From a virus: 64,000 bases of DNA. This document shows positions 1-10,328 of this stretch, one piece after another. The notes under the pieces are model-generated. The model was given only the letters and a program-made list of their open reading frames with translations, had not been told where the DNA came from and made no database searches. Both the position numbers and the translations under genes were made by a program. The stretch is taken from IMG/VR virus record IMGVR_UViG_3300008113_000014, positions 44,864 to 108,863 of that record; one strand, written 5' to 3'. Positions within the stretch are counted from its first letter, which is position 1. Each line of letters opens with the position of its first letter.

Positions 1-990
1 TGCTTCGTTAGAAAGCTTTGCTCCTTTGAGAGTTACAACATAGCGTGGAACAGCCTTGTTCTCAAAATAATCAATGTTATATTGAGATGCAAGTTGATCT
101 CCAAGCAATGATGGAATTGCTGCAACAATATCAGGGATACCATAATATGTATTTAAGGGTGAGTATTCCTTTATGTGAATAATTTCATTTGGTCGTGGAT
201 CTGATGTTACTGGGTTTGCATTAGTTGCACCAAAATTTCTAAAGTAAACAACTTTTTGACCAATGATCTGCATAAAGCCATCACGTAGGCGACGTATGCG
301 AATTGTTGTTGATGGGATATGTCCTACGTAACCAATATCTCCGTTTACTGTACGACCAACCTCAATGAAACCATTTCCAGTTGATTCAAGGTCTGTGTAT
401 ACCTTTTCCATTGTTTTTGTAAATGAATCATCATCATTAAGGCCTTCAAGCCAATCACGCATTTCAAACTTCATTCTTTCAATACGCTTGCGTGCTTTAT
501 CTATAGCACTTTGTTCTTTGCCTTCAAAGCTCAACATGGTGCGACCTGTTACTTCAAAAGAATATCCAAGTCCAACAATGTTAGCAACCTTGGCATCAAT
601 GGCAGCATGATTAGCAAAAGAAGTATCATAAAAATTTGCAAGTTCATATAGATTAAATGGAGGAGTAATTACATCAAATAGGCCATATCCATTTCGGTAT
701 ACTGTTCCAGGATTAATTGCTTTTGATGCAGCATCAACACCCGTTGGAGTAGAATTAGCAGAATCTGCATAGGCTTCTGTATTTATATCTACGCCTGTTG
801 ATCCATATGCATACTCTGCTTTGCCAATACTTCTCGTTGTTCTACGACGAAAGTTTTGATCAAGTCCAGAAAATTCTTTTATTGTATCCCAAGACTTATT
901 AAATGGATCTTGCTCTTTAAAAACATTTTCCCGTTCTTCTTGAGTATTTAAACTTGCAGAAATATATGTGTAATCAATATCCTCACTCAT
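1..990 (-). CDS. Phage portal protein (N-terminal part; runs off window start)
   Basis: Not in the ORF track. Minus-strand frame from ATG at 990 reads MSEDIDYTYIS...NHAAIDAKVANIVGLGY...DLESTGNGFIEV...EIIHIKEYSPLNTYYGIP...IDYFENKAVP, which carries HK97/PBSX-type portal motifs. Confidence 0.85.
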   Translation of the reverse strand, partial: MSEDIDYTYISASLNTQEERENVFKEQDPFNKSWDTIKEFSGLDQNFRRRTTRSIGKAEYAYGSTGVDINTEAYADSANSTPTGVDAASKAINPGTVYRNGYGLFDVITPPFNLYELANFYDTSFANHAAIDAKVANIVGLGYSFEVTGRTMLSFEGKEQSAIDKARKRIERMKFEMRDWLEGLNDDDSFTKTMEKVYTDLESTGNGFIEVGRTVNGDIGYVGHIPSTTIRIRRLRDGFMQIIGQKVVYFRNFGATNANPVTSDPRPNEIIHIKEYSPLNTYYGIPDIVAAIPSLLGDQLASQYNIDYFENKAVPRYVVTLKGAKLSNEA

Positions 991-1396
991 CAAAGGCCTC
1001 TCTTCCAGCAACGTTTAATGTATCCTGTGCTGCTTTCCATGCCCCAAGGTCATTCATTGAAGGAATCAACCCACTAGACATTCTGTCAAGCTGCTCTGAA
1101 TGTTGTTCATCAGAAATACGTGTTAGTCCAGGAACAAAGATCGCTTCACCGTCTCCTGGATCACCATAATGTTTTGCTGCACTTTTAAGTTCCGCAATTT
1201 TAGTAAAGTCATTACGCATTGATTCAATGTTTAATACATTGCCACTACCGTCAGTAAACCACTTTCCAGTAGACTTTTTATATACATAAAGTCCCCAATC
1301 GTAATTCTTTTCAATGACCTTTTTACGGACATTTCCTACAATAGGCAAACCAGTCTTTTGATTAATTAGTGGATTATTTACATTACTCATAACCAT
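983..1396 (-). CDS. Hypothetical protein upstream of portal
   Basis: 137 aa ORF whose stop overlaps the portal start; extended -10 immediately upstream. Confidence 0.7.
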   Translation of the reverse strand: MVMSNVNNPLINQKTGLPIVGNVRKKVIEKNYDWGLYVYKKSTGKWFTDGSGNVLNIESMRNDFTKIAELKSAAKHYGDPGDGEAIFVPGLTRISDEQHSEQLDRMSSGLIPSMNDLGAWKAAQDTLNVAGREAFDE

Positions 1397-1437
1397 AAGT
1401 ATACCATAACACTGTTAAAGTGAACAGGCCCTTACCA

Positions 1438-3471
1438 TTAATAGAGTTTAATCTCACAAGCATCTGTTGAGCAATACTGCTCTCCTTCAGCCTCAAGATT
1501 TTCTATTCCATCATAAATAGCAGACCAGTCAATCTTACCAATTGTGCCTACATATGCGTTGTATTCTTCTCTTGAGATTTCGCTATATGGTTGCTGTGGA
1601 TAAACCTTATCTCCCATTGGCAAGAAGGATACAGCCTTTAACTGGCCTTCGTACATATTTAATGCTGGAGCAACAAACTTCTTTTCAGTCTCTTTGTTAA
1701 ATGAAAGTGTTACAGAAACACCATTATCTGACCAATACTTCTGGGCTGTTGCTGCTAGACCAATCTTCTCAAATAGGCTAACATGTTTTTCAGAACGCTT
1801 GTGTCCTGAAGCAACTGGGAAATATACTACTGAGGTATTTGCTGATACTAAGTCTGGTTCAATCTTATACCCTGCAGCTTTAAAAAGATGAAGCATTGGA
1901 TCAGTATTTCCAAAACGTATAGCACGAAGATAAAACTCTCCTCCAGGTCCCCAGTGAACTCCAGGAGTTGCACCAGAAAGTAGTGACACTGATCCTGATG
2001 GCTTGACCGTTGTTACACGAACTGATTCACGAACACATAGCCACTCTGAATATTGATGATCATAATGACGAATCTTTTTGTATCCTTCATCCATCCATTC
2101 ACGAGTTGTTGGAAGTCCATATGTGTCTGCAAATGATGCAATACCTGTCAATGAGGTTCCAATGCGACGATTACGTTGCATAATACCGTTTGTTTGTGGC
2201 CAGTGTGTTGGAAGAAGCGTTACAGTCTTTCCATAAAGGTACGCAAATTTCAACGTCTTGAGGAAGTCCTCCTTGGATTCATGACGATTTAAGTGCACTT
2301 CTACAAGTGTACAAAGTTCGTATGATTCCAATGGCTGCTCCGCACAAGGGTTGAAGCCCATAATGCGACTGTCCTTATAATCAGGAGCATCCGCAAGACG
2401 GCCATAATCACGGGCAACATCAAGCCAGATAAAACCTGGCTCTCCATTGTCTGCAATTAAATCTACATAGTCTTCATATTTTGTTCCAACTGTTGCTGAA
2501 ATAGAGTTGTTTGACATCCATGCCCAACCTGGCTTTTCTGGATCATATGAGTTACGTTCTGGAAATACTTCTGGATTCTTAAGATTAATAAATCCATTAT
2601 CTTCTGCAGTACCAAGTGCAAGAGTAGCAGAACGACGAACATTTCCTGATACCACACAGGTACCAATAAGATTAATAATATCAACAATAGCACGGCTATC
2701 TAAGAACTCTCCTGCTCTAGAGCCAATTACATTGCGAATACGTGTATGGAGATCAATGAGTGGTGCTGGACCGCTTGCAACGCCTCCAAAGCCCTTAATA
2801 GGGGCACCTAGTGGACGGATAAGGTCATAGTTAAAAAGCTGAATTGATTGATTTTGGCGTAAAAATGAGTTAATCAAGATACGAACTGATTCAACCCAGC
2901 CTTCACGAGTATCAGGAATATCATATGTTGATTCTGGCTCTGTTGGTGCGTAGATTGCCATTTTCTTATCTTGGCCAAGAGTATCAAAGCCAACTCCAAT
3001 ACCTAGCATTAATGCATCCATTACCCAAGCAAATAATGCACCAGGATCATTGCGGTCAAGGTCTCTAGTTGAAACCATTGCACAATTTTGGAGGGATGAA
3101 GAGTTGCGCTTTTCCATAGTCATTGGTGTACCAAATGCCCAAAGACCACGACCTGGAGGAGTCCACTTTAATTCAAACATTCTTTGAAAGGCTTCCTGTG
3201 CAGACTTCTGTGCTTTATTATCATTCCATGGTAGACGATTATCTTTAGCATGATTCTTTTGAACTGAATACATACCCTCAATTACACGGCGACAAACCTC
3301 ATGCCAGCGTTCTTTTGTTCCATCTTCTTTAACACGAGAATATGTACGAATAAATGTTATCTCTCCCAATGAATTGGACCCTGCATCTGAAAATCCAAAT
3401 GGAGCTGGAGTAAACTGATATTTATTTACAAACTCTTCTGATAAACGAAACGAAAATACACTTTCTGACAT
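1438..3471 (-). CDS. nrdJ: Class II (adenosylcobalamin-dependent) ribonucleoside-triphosphate reductase
   Basis: PPGRGLW, NCAMV, GNVRRSA, NPCAEQ active site, TTVKPSGSVS, C-terminal CSTDAC redox pair. Confidence 0.93.
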   Translation of the reverse strand: MSESVFSFRLSEEFVNKYQFTPAPFGFSDAGSNSLGEITFIRTYSRVKEDGTKERWHEVCRRVIEGMYSVQKNHAKDNRLPWNDNKAQKSAQEAFQRMFELKWTPPGRGLWAFGTPMTMEKRNSSSLQNCAMVSTRDLDRNDPGALFAWVMDALMLGIGVGFDTLGQDKKMAIYAPTEPESTYDIPDTREGWVESVRILINSFLRQNQSIQLFNYDLIRPLGAPIKGFGGVASGPAPLIDLHTRIRNVIGSRAGEFLDSRAIVDIINLIGTCVVSGNVRRSATLALGTAEDNGFINLKNPEVFPERNSYDPEKPGWAWMSNNSISATVGTKYEDYVDLIADNGEPGFIWLDVARDYGRLADAPDYKDSRIMGFNPCAEQPLESYELCTLVEVHLNRHESKEDFLKTLKFAYLYGKTVTLLPTHWPQTNGIMQRNRRIGTSLTGIASFADTYGLPTTREWMDEGYKKIRHYDHQYSEWLCVRESVRVTTVKPSGSVSLLSGATPGVHWGPGGEFYLRAIRFGNTDPMLHLFKAAGYKIEPDLVSANTSVVYFPVASGHKRSEKHVSLFEKIGLAATAQKYWSDNGVSVTLSFNKETEKKFVAPALNMYEGQLKAVSFLPMGDKVYPQQPYSEISREEYNAYVGTIGKIDWSAIYDGIENLEAEGEQYCSTDACEIKLY

Positions 3472-3557
3472 TTTTATATACCTTTCAAAGTAAAATTAAC
3501 GGAGTGCTTTATGTTCTCTAAAGCAGTACTTAAGTATAACACACTTTAAAAAGAAAA

Positions 3558-3578
3558 ACACGCTCATAAAGAGCGTGT
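3558..3578 (-). terminator. Stem-loop between tail-fibre gene and nrdJ
   Basis: ACACGCTC-ataaa-GAGCGTGT inverted repeat followed by T-run on the minus strand. Confidence 0.6.
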
Positions 3579-3620
3579 AAATCTTTAGTATAGAGTTAGT
3601 ACTCTATTATTTAATAAGTA

Positions 3621-6566
3621 CTATGCTTTTATATCTCCAGATAGTAACCATGCATCTGTTGCTACCTTTGTAAGTGTAGCAGATGAGTAGAGTGCTCTTA
3701 GAGTATTTCCTGGTGCTGCATAGATTGTTACTCCAGCTGCTGCTACAAAGTTTGCTCCACCTGCTCCAGATGATTGCCAGAAACTAATTGATGTTCCTAC
3801 TGGAAAAGCAGTTGTTGCCATAGTTGGAACCGTTACTGCATATGCTCCTGAAATTTGAATTAACTGATCTCTCAGAGCAAGCCCACCTGTTGATAAGTTG
3901 TAGGCTGCTCCAATTGTAGTTGTTGTAGTTGTTAGTGATGGTACACCAGCTTTTGTCTGAGTACCGTCTGTAAACGCTACACCTGAAGCAGAGGCTGTAA
4001 TTAAACCTGATGCTGTAACTGCTGCTGCATTTACAGTGCCTGTGAATGTTGGTGATGCTAGAGGTGCTTTATTTCCAAGTGCAGTTGTAATGGTTGCTGC
4101 GTAGTTTGCATCATCACCAAGTGCTGCTGCGAGTTCATCAAGAGTGTTAAGTGCTGCTGGTGCACCAGTTGTTAAAATAGCAAGTTCTTGCTGAACGAAA
4201 CTTGTTGTAGCAACTTGTGTTGTATTAGTTCCAGTTGCTGCAAGTGGTGCAGTTGGTGTTCCAGTAAGAGCTGGAGATGCTAATGGTGCCTTAAGTCCTA
4301 GGTCTGTAGTAAGACCTGAAATTTTAGACTGAGCAATTCCTGCTGCTGAAGCAATATCTCCATCAACAATTGTTCCATCTGCAATCATTCCTGATGTAAC
4401 AGTTCCTGCTGGAAGAGTTACAGTGCCTGTAAATGTAGGTGATGCAAGTGGAGCCTTAAGAGCAAGTGCTGTTGATGTAGCATCTGAAATTGGCTTAAGT
4501 GCATCTGATGTATTGTCTGCGTTACCAAGGCCAACCATAGACTTGGTTACACCAGAAACGGTGCCAGTAAATGTTGGTGAGGCAATTGGGGCTTTAAGAT
4601 CAAGTGCTGCTTGTGTAGCGCTTGATATTGGTTTTAGAGAATCTGTTGTGTTGTCAACGTTAGCAAGACCTACCATTGTCTTAGTTATACCAGCAACGGT
4701 GCCAGTAAATGTTGGAGATTCAAGTGTAGCGTAACCTGAAATTAGTGCTCCTGTAGGTATTGTAACTGTTCCTGTAAATGTTGGTGAGGCAATTGGGGCA
4801 CGTAGACCAAGAGCAGTTTGTGTTGCTGTTGAAACTGGCTTTGCAGTATCTGCTGTGTTATCAACGTTTCCAAGACCTACGTGTGCTTTTGTAACACCAG
4901 AAACTGTTCCTGTAAATGTTGGTGAAGCTAGTGGAGCATATGTAGATGCTGCTGTAGAAGATGCAAGCTTAAGATCAAGCTGTGTTTGTGTAGCAGTTGA
5001 GATTGGTTTGTTTGCGTCTGTTGTGTTATCAACATTTCCAAGGCCAACGTGTGCTTTTGTAACACCAGCAACTGTTCCTGTGAATGTTGGAGAAGAAAGT
5101 GGAGCGTATGTTGTGCTAGCAGCTACTGCTCCAAGCTTTGAAGCAAGTTGTGTTTGAATATTTTCAGTTAATCCATCAAGGTATCCAATTTCAGTATTAG
5201 ATACTGAACCAACAGTTAATGATGTTGCTTCAAGTGCACCAACTGCAAGGTCATCAAGTGATCCTTGTCCAAAATTAACAGTAGTTGTTGGTGCATCAGC
5301 AACTCCCTTAAACAGTTTCCATTTTGCATCAGATGAGTCCTTTACAAAACCTTGATGTTTAGCTGTTCCATCGTTGTATGAGCCTACAAAACCAATATCT
5401 ACAAGGTTGGCAGCATTACCACTACCAAGATAAATTACTGGGTCTTCAACTGTAAGATTTGTTGTGTTTACAGTTGCACTTGTTCCAGAAACTGTTAAGT
5501 TACCGTCAACAATTAAATCATTGCTAACTGTAAGGTTGACTGCAGTTGCTGTACCAGTTAATGCTGGGCTAGCAAGAGGTGCCTTAAGATCAAGTGCTGT
5601 TTGTGTAGCGGTTGAAACTGGCTTTGCTGCATCTGAAGTATTATTTACATCTGCAAGTCCAACATGTGCCTTTGTTACACCGCTTACAGTTCCAGTAAAT
5701 GTTGGGGATGCGATAGGTGCTTTAAGGTCAAGCGCTGCTTGTGTGGCTGTTGAGATTTGCTTATTTGCGTCTGATGTATCGTCTACGCTTGTAAGGCCAA
5801 CCATTGCTTTTGTAATACCAGATACAGTTCCTGTAAATGTTGGGGAAGCAATTGTGGCTCTAAGATTAATTTGATTTTGAACATTAGCTGAAAGTCCATT
5901 AAGGTATCCAATTTCAGTATCGTCAACGTTTGCAACTTTTGCCTGGAATGCTGTTGCATCAACGGCAAGTGAAATTGTGTTTCCAGGATCACTGTATGTC
6001 TTTAAAAGACCATTTCCAGCAACTATAGCAGTGTCAATAGCATCCTGTGAAAGTTCTGCAATGTCTGCTGAGTTTGCCTTTAAATTCAGTGCAGTCTGTG
6101 TAGCTGTAGAAACAGGCTTATCAGCATCTGATGTATTGTCAACATTTCCAAGACCAACATCTCCCTTTACCAATCCTGCTGGAGATGTAATAGTTTTATT
6201 TGTTAAAGTTTGTGTTCCTGTTGTTGTAACTAAAAGTGAAGTATCTGCAATACCGTGGATGGCTGTTGTATCTGCTTGGTGGTTTGAAAGGTTTGTGGCA
6301 ACTGTTGTAAAGAAAGCTGGATCATCGCCAATTGCTGCTGCAAGCTCATCAAGAGAGTTGAGTAGTCCTGGCGCACCTGCAATTGTTGTAGCAAGGTCAA
6401 CGAAGTATGCTAGGTTTACCCAGTGGTTTACTCCATCACCAATCTTAAATTTATTTGTGTCTGACTCATAACCAATTTCACCTATTGCTAGAATTGGCCC
6501 ATTTCCACTATTTGTAGAGATCCACTGCGCTGCAGTGCCTCTACGTTGTTGCATTCTTGTTGCCAT
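3621..6566 (-). CDS. Long repetitive tail-fibre-like protein with Mtd/hyaluronidase-type N-terminal anchor
   Basis: N-terminus QRRGTAAQW...GEIGYESDTNKFKIGDG; many APxASPTFTGTV and VGLGNVDNTSDAxKPxSTATQ repeats; LNTLDELAAALGDD motif. Confidence 0.8.
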   Translation of the reverse strand: MATRMQQRRGTAAQWISTNSGNGPILAIGEIGYESDTNKFKIGDGVNHWVNLAYFVDLATTIAGAPGLLNSLDELAAAIGDDPAFFTTVATNLSNHQADTTAIHGIADTSLLVTTTGTQTLTNKTITSPAGLVKGDVGLGNVDNTSDADKPVSTATQTALNLKANSADIAELSQDAIDTAIVAGNGLLKTYSDPGNTISLAVDATAFQAKVANVDDTEIGYLNGLSANVQNQINLRATIASPTFTGTVSGITKAMVGLTSVDDTSDANKQISTATQAALDLKAPIASPTFTGTVSGVTKAHVGLADVNNTSDAAKPVSTATQTALDLKAPLASPALTGTATAVNLTVSNDLIVDGNLTVSGTSATVNTTNLTVEDPVIYLGSGNAANLVDIGFVGSYNDGTAKHQGFVKDSSDAKWKLFKGVADAPTTTVNFGQGSLDDLAVGALEATSLTVGSVSNTEIGYLDGLTENIQTQLASKLGAVAASTTYAPLSSPTFTGTVAGVTKAHVGLGNVDNTTDANKPISTATQTQLDLKLASSTAASTYAPLASPTFTGTVSGVTKAHVGLGNVDNTADTAKPVSTATQTALGLRAPIASPTFTGTVTIPTGALISGYATLESPTFTGTVAGITKTMVGLANVDNTTDSLKPISSATQAALDLKAPIASPTFTGTVSGVTKSMVGLGNADNTSDALKPISDATSTALALKAPLASPTFTGTVTLPAGTVTSGMIADGTIVDGDIASAAGIAQSKISGLTTDLGLKAPLASPALTGTPTAPLAATGTNTTQVATTSFVQQELAILTTGAPAALNTLDELAAALGDDANYAATITTALGNKAPLASPTFTGTVNAAAVTASGLITASASGVAFTDGTQTKAGVPSLTTTTTTIGAAYNLSTGGLALRDQLIQISGAYAVTVPTMATTAFPVGTSISFWQSSGAGGANFVAAAGVTIYAAPGNTLRALYSSATLTKVATDAWLLSGDIKA

Positions 6567-6609
6567 TTACTTGCTCCTCCAGGTATCAGTAGTAATATTA
6601 TAACAGATT

Positions 6610-7062
6610 TTAATTGAAGTTATCAATTGAACTTCCGCCATCCCACGTTTCTGTGAATACAGTAGTATTGTATGCACCAGTTTCTATTAGTGCCCCCACT
6701 GTGTCATATGATCCACCCTCAATAAATATACTTGCAAGCATACCATTTCCATCAATAGATGTATCGTGAATATGCTCCTGCAATAATTCTGCATCTGCCA
6801 TATTTGCTAAAGCAGCCCACTGATTATTATAATAAACATGTACTCTGTTATAAACAGTATCGTAGTACAACTGTCCATTTGTTGGACTTGCAGGAGCTGT
6901 TGATGATACAGCCATACCTCCTGTTAATGAATCTACGTACTCCTTAGTTGCTGCATGTGTTGCAATAGTAGGAGTTCCTACTGTTACCGCACCGCCGAAA
7001 GTTCCACCAAGGCCAACGATTATGCCATTCTTGACTTTAAAATCTTTGTTAACCGTTGACAC
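6610..7062 (-). CDS. Tail-fibre-associated protein
   Basis: Shares N-terminus TVNKDFKVKNG with next gene; HAATKEYVD and PxxPxNGQLYYD fibre motifs. Confidence 0.6.
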   Translation of the reverse strand: MSTVNKDFKVKNGIIVGLGGTFGGAVTVGTPTIATHAATKEYVDSLTGGMAVSSTAPASPTNGQLYYDTVYNRVHVYYNNQWAALANMADAELLQEHIHDTSIDGNGMLASIFIEGGSYDTVGALIETGAYNTTVFTETWDGGSSIDNFN

Positions 7063-7082
7063 TTGGTTTCTCCTTTGTTAGA

Positions 7083-9050
7083 TTACTTTAGTAGTGTTCC
7101 AACAACAGTGACTGTTGAGGAGTTGTTAGCAGTAGTTACTAGAAGTTGTACATTTGATCCGCTGACGCCTGCTGATATAGTCATCGCTGAACCATTTGTT
7201 CCAATTGTTCCATACTCTGTTATTGCAATATTGTCAGCTGTATCAAGTGTTAATAAAACCTTTGATATTTCTGTATGGACTCCATAAGCGGTCTTAACCA
7301 AGAACTCTGCTGAACGATAGTCTGCCTTAGCAAAAGCGTATGCTACATTTGAAGCACTTGCTGTTGGTACAGAAATTGTTGCAGCTACCTGAGTTGCAAG
7401 AGAGTTGATATCAACTTCTGTAAAGTTTGGAACAACTGCTTCAAGAGCAGTTACTGCACGAGCATTTGTGAAGTACTTATTTGTACCTTCTGCAAGGTCA
7501 GTTGTTGTAGAATCTGCTACACCGTTTTCTGCGGTAATAACAAGACCTGTACCTGAACCAGTGATTGTAATGTTAGTCTTTGTAGCACTAGTCAAAAGAT
7601 CTGCTGCTGAAGACTTGGCACGAGCATCTGTGAAGTATAGGCTTCCTGATTCTGCTACATCAGAAGTAACAAGTGCATCTGCGTGAGCAATTGCAGCTGC
7701 TTGTGCAGCGTTAGCCTTTGAAGTAGCGTCAGCTGCTGCTGTAGAAACTGATGCAGCATCTCCAGAAACTCTTAGTGCTGCTTCTGCAGCAACCTTTGAA
7801 GTAGCATCTGCAGCTGCAGTTGATACTGAGGCTGCATCTCCAGAAACTCTTAGTGCTGCTTCTGCTGCTACCTTAGATGTTGCATCTGAGGCTGCGGTGC
7901 TGACTGATGCAGCATCACCTGATACTCTAAGTGCTGCTTCTGAAGCAACCTTTGCTGTTGCATCGGCTGATGCTGTTGCCTCTGCTGCTGTCTGGGCTGC
8001 GTCTGCTTCTGCCTTAGCAAATGCTGTTGTAGCAATCTGAGTTGTATCAGTATTTGCTGCTGCAGTCGGTGCTGTTGGTACACCAGTAAGCGCTGGTGAA
8101 GCAAGTGGGGCTTTTGTTCCCAAAGCTGTTGTAATAGTTGTTGTGTAATTAGCGTCATCATTAATTGCTGCTGCTAATTCATTTAATGTATTAAGAAGTG
8201 CTGGTGCACCATCAACAAGATTATCTACTGCGGTTCCAATTGCTGTGTTGCGGTTTGTAACTTCTGTTGCAATTGCTGCTGAGATTGCTGATGCACTTGC
8301 TGACGCTGCTGCGTCAATTGCTTCCGTCTTGGCAGTTGCTACGTTTGCAGTAGTTGCAAGAAGAGCCGTGTTTGCAATTCCATGAACGTTTGTTGTGTCT
8401 GATTCGTGTGAAGAAAGTGCTGCTGCAGCTGTTGCCTCTGCTGCTGCTTGAGCGGCGTTGGCCTTAGATGTTGCATCTGCTGATGCAGTTGCTACTGAGG
8501 CTGAGTCGCCTGATACTCTAAGTGCTGCTTCTGCAGCGACTTTAGATGTAGCGTCTGATGCTGCTGTTGCTTCTGCTGCAGTTTTAGCTGCTGCTGCTGC
8601 ACCGTATGCGTCATAAGTATTTGCTGTTACAGATACTGCACCTGTTGAATCATTATATGAAAGACCAGTTCCAACATTGTTTCCAATGGCATCTTGTGCT
8701 CTTTCATCTGTGAAGTAAAGGTTTGTTCCTTCTGCAAGATCTGCAGTGTCATGGTTTGAAAGGCTTGAAACTGTTCCAGTTACGTCACCTGTTACGTTGC
8801 CTGTTAAATTACCAGTTACGTTACCTGTTAAGGCTGCTGTAACTGTTCCTGCTGCAAAGTTACCATTAGCATCACGCTTTACAACTGTGTTTGCAGTGTT
8901 AGCAGATGTTGATGTACCGCCAATAAGACCAACTATGTAGTCTTGATCTGCTTGCTTCTTTGTAAGAATGTCAAAATTGTTGACTGTAGCTGTTGTACCT
9001 TCAACAATGAGCCCATTCTTTACCTTAAAGTCTTTATTTACTGTTGCCAT
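7083..9050 (-). CDS. Ala-rich tail-fibre-like protein
   Basis: EGTNLYFTDxRA repeats, LNTLNELAAAINDD, 26-aa DATSKVAAEAALRVSGDAASVSTAA repeats. Confidence 0.72.
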   Translation of the reverse strand: MATVNKDFKVKNGLIVEGTTATVNNFDILTKKQADQDYIVGLIGGTSTSANTANTVVKRDANGNFAAGTVTAALTGNVTGNLTGNVTGDVTGTVSSLSNHDTADLAEGTNLYFTDERAQDAIGNNVGTGLSYNDSTGAVSVTANTYDAYGAAAAAKTAAEATAASDATSKVAAEAALRVSGDSASVATASADATSKANAAQAAAEATAAAALSSHESDTTNVHGIANTALLATTANVATAKTEAIDAAASASASAISAAIATEVTNRNTAIGTAVDNLVDGAPALLNTLNELAAAINDDANYTTTITTALGTKAPLASPALTGVPTAPTAAANTDTTQIATTAFAKAEADAAQTAAEATASADATAKVASEAALRVSGDAASVSTAASDATSKVAAEAALRVSGDAASVSTAAADATSKVAAEAALRVSGDAASVSTAAADATSKANAAQAAAIAHADALVTSDVAESGSLYFTDARAKSSAADLLTSATKTNITITGSGTGLVITAENGVADSTTTDLAEGTNKYFTNARAVTALEAVVPNFTEVDINSLATQVAATISVPTASASNVAYAFAKADYRSAEFLVKTAYGVHTEISKVLLTLDTADNIAITEYGTIGTNGSAMTISAGVSGSNVQLLVTTANNSSTVTVVGTLLK

Positions 9051-9068
9051 TTCTTATCTCCTTGTTGG

Positions 9069-9515
9069 TTAAGCCTTTAAACCCATACGAGCAAATCGTA
9101 CGGTTATAGGCGTAATACCCACCACTGGCGTTACAGAAATATTTACTGTATCCGCCACCCTAGAGACGCTAATGGTGCCAATGTTCCCATCGTTGTCTAT
9201 TGTTCCATATTCGCTGACGTTTACATTTGTACCGTCAACAAGTATTGTTAATTCTGTTGCATAAAATTTATTATCTCCAGCAGATGTCTTCTTTATAGAG
9301 ATTAAGTATTTAACCATTCTCCAGACTGTACCGTCAAAGTTGTCAATTACTGTTGCATTCTGAATGTCTGAAATAGTATTTTCATTGTTACCAGAAGTAC
9401 CTAGGTCTGTTGCCTGTGCTGCTGTTGAATCAATTAGGTTTTCGTAGTCCGTTTGTGATGGACGATCACCTGTTTGAAATGTGGTTTTTACTGTGCTAAG
9501 CGGTAGTCTGGACAT
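9069..9515 (-). CDS. Virion protein sharing C-terminal domain with 7083-9050
   Basis: FQTGDRPSQTDYENLIDS N-terminus; C-terminal EYGTI beta domain. Confidence 0.55.
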   Translation of the reverse strand: MSRLPLSTVKTTFQTGDRPSQTDYENLIDSTAAQATDLGTSGNNENTISDIQNATVIDNFDGTVWRMVKYLISIKKTSAGDNKFYATELTILVDGTNVNVSEYGTIDNDGNIGTISVSRVADTVNISVTPVVGITPITVRFARMGLKA

Positions 9516-9538
9516 ATGCCCATTATATCATATTTATA

Positions 9539-9763
9539 TCAAAGTATATAGTTACTAAAGCCAATAATTTGCAACGGGATTGGTACAACAGTAGATAAAC
9601 CACTAGCCTCAATCCGTATTGCTGTTAATCTAATTCTAAAGGGTAAAACAGAGTTAATTGTAACATTTTTACTTGGTGCCCTGACAGATGCTTTTATTGA
9701 AAGATCTTGTTCAATTCTTTTTGTAAATACTGGCTGCTTGTCATAAATCTTAACATTAGCCAT
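9539..9763 (-). CDS. Hypothetical protein
   Basis: 74 aa ORF coupled to upstream gene (TAATG overlap). Confidence 0.55.
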   Translation of the reverse strand: MANVKIYDKQPVFTKRIEQDLSIKASVRAPSKNVTINSVLPFRIRLTAIRIEASGLSTVVPIPLQIIGFSNYIL

Positions 9764-10176
9764 TATGCAGTCACATCTTCAAGGACAATAAGTTTGCCTT
9801 GAGCTACCGTCCAAACTATTGCATCTTGCGGTAAAGAAACCTCAATATCAAAAATATCATTTGTTCGTAGTGTTGCAGTTTGTGCTGGTGATAATGAAAC
9901 AGTAAACTCACCATCTAGATCATCTGCATCTTGAATTGGAACTAAGGTTAAAAGAAGTGTTGCTGTGTCTGTTATTTCTCCAGGAACAACTGGTGTTGTA
10001 GTAGGACGCTTGATCTGCATAGAAATATTCCAGTCAGGAATTTCCAATGGTACTTTTGCATCATCTGTTAAATAAACCTTAAATGCTGCACTATCTCCCT
10101 TGACAAAAGTCCAATTAACGAATGGTGGAGCTTCTCCAATATCGTATGTAGACGCTTGTCCTCTATATGTAGCCAT
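9763..10176 (-). CDS. BppU-like baseplate/virion protein
   Basis: Likely start MATYRG at 10176 after TGGTATAAT; WTFVKGD...L...DIEV...WTVAQG pattern; paralog of 20690-21091. Confidence 0.55.
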   Translation of the reverse strand: MATYRGQASTYDIGEAPPFVNWTFVKGDSAAFKVYLTDDAKVPLEIPDWNISMQIKRPTTTPVVPGEITDTATLLLTLVPIQDADDLDGEFTVSLSPAQTATLRTNDIFDIEVSLPQDAIVWTVAQGKLIVLEDVTA

Positions 10177-10328
10177 TTTTATATTATACCACGATGAAAA
10201 TAAGAAATTAAGAGATTTAAAATAATTTAAATAAATATCACAAAAACTTGCTTTTTGGGGAATTTGGATGCTATACTTAGAGAGTGCTACCAACTGGTAG
10301 CATCTTTAGTCTCTAGGAGGTTATTATT

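Noticed and set aside
1438-3471. Intein or intron in nrdJ
   Set aside because: ORF is continuous at 677 aa, a normal size, with no splicing motifs seen
3621-6566. Diversity-generating retroelement target (Mtd-like N-terminus)
   Set aside because: No reverse transcriptase and no adenine-variant template/variable repeat pair seen in the window
4423-8940. Plus-strand ORFs within the tail-fibre genes
   Set aside because: Antisense shadows of Ala/Thr-rich repetitive genes
10278-10320. c-di-AMP or other riboswitch ahead of the transglycosylase
   Set aside because: Leader is only about 45 nt with one hairpin, too short for the ydaO aptamer
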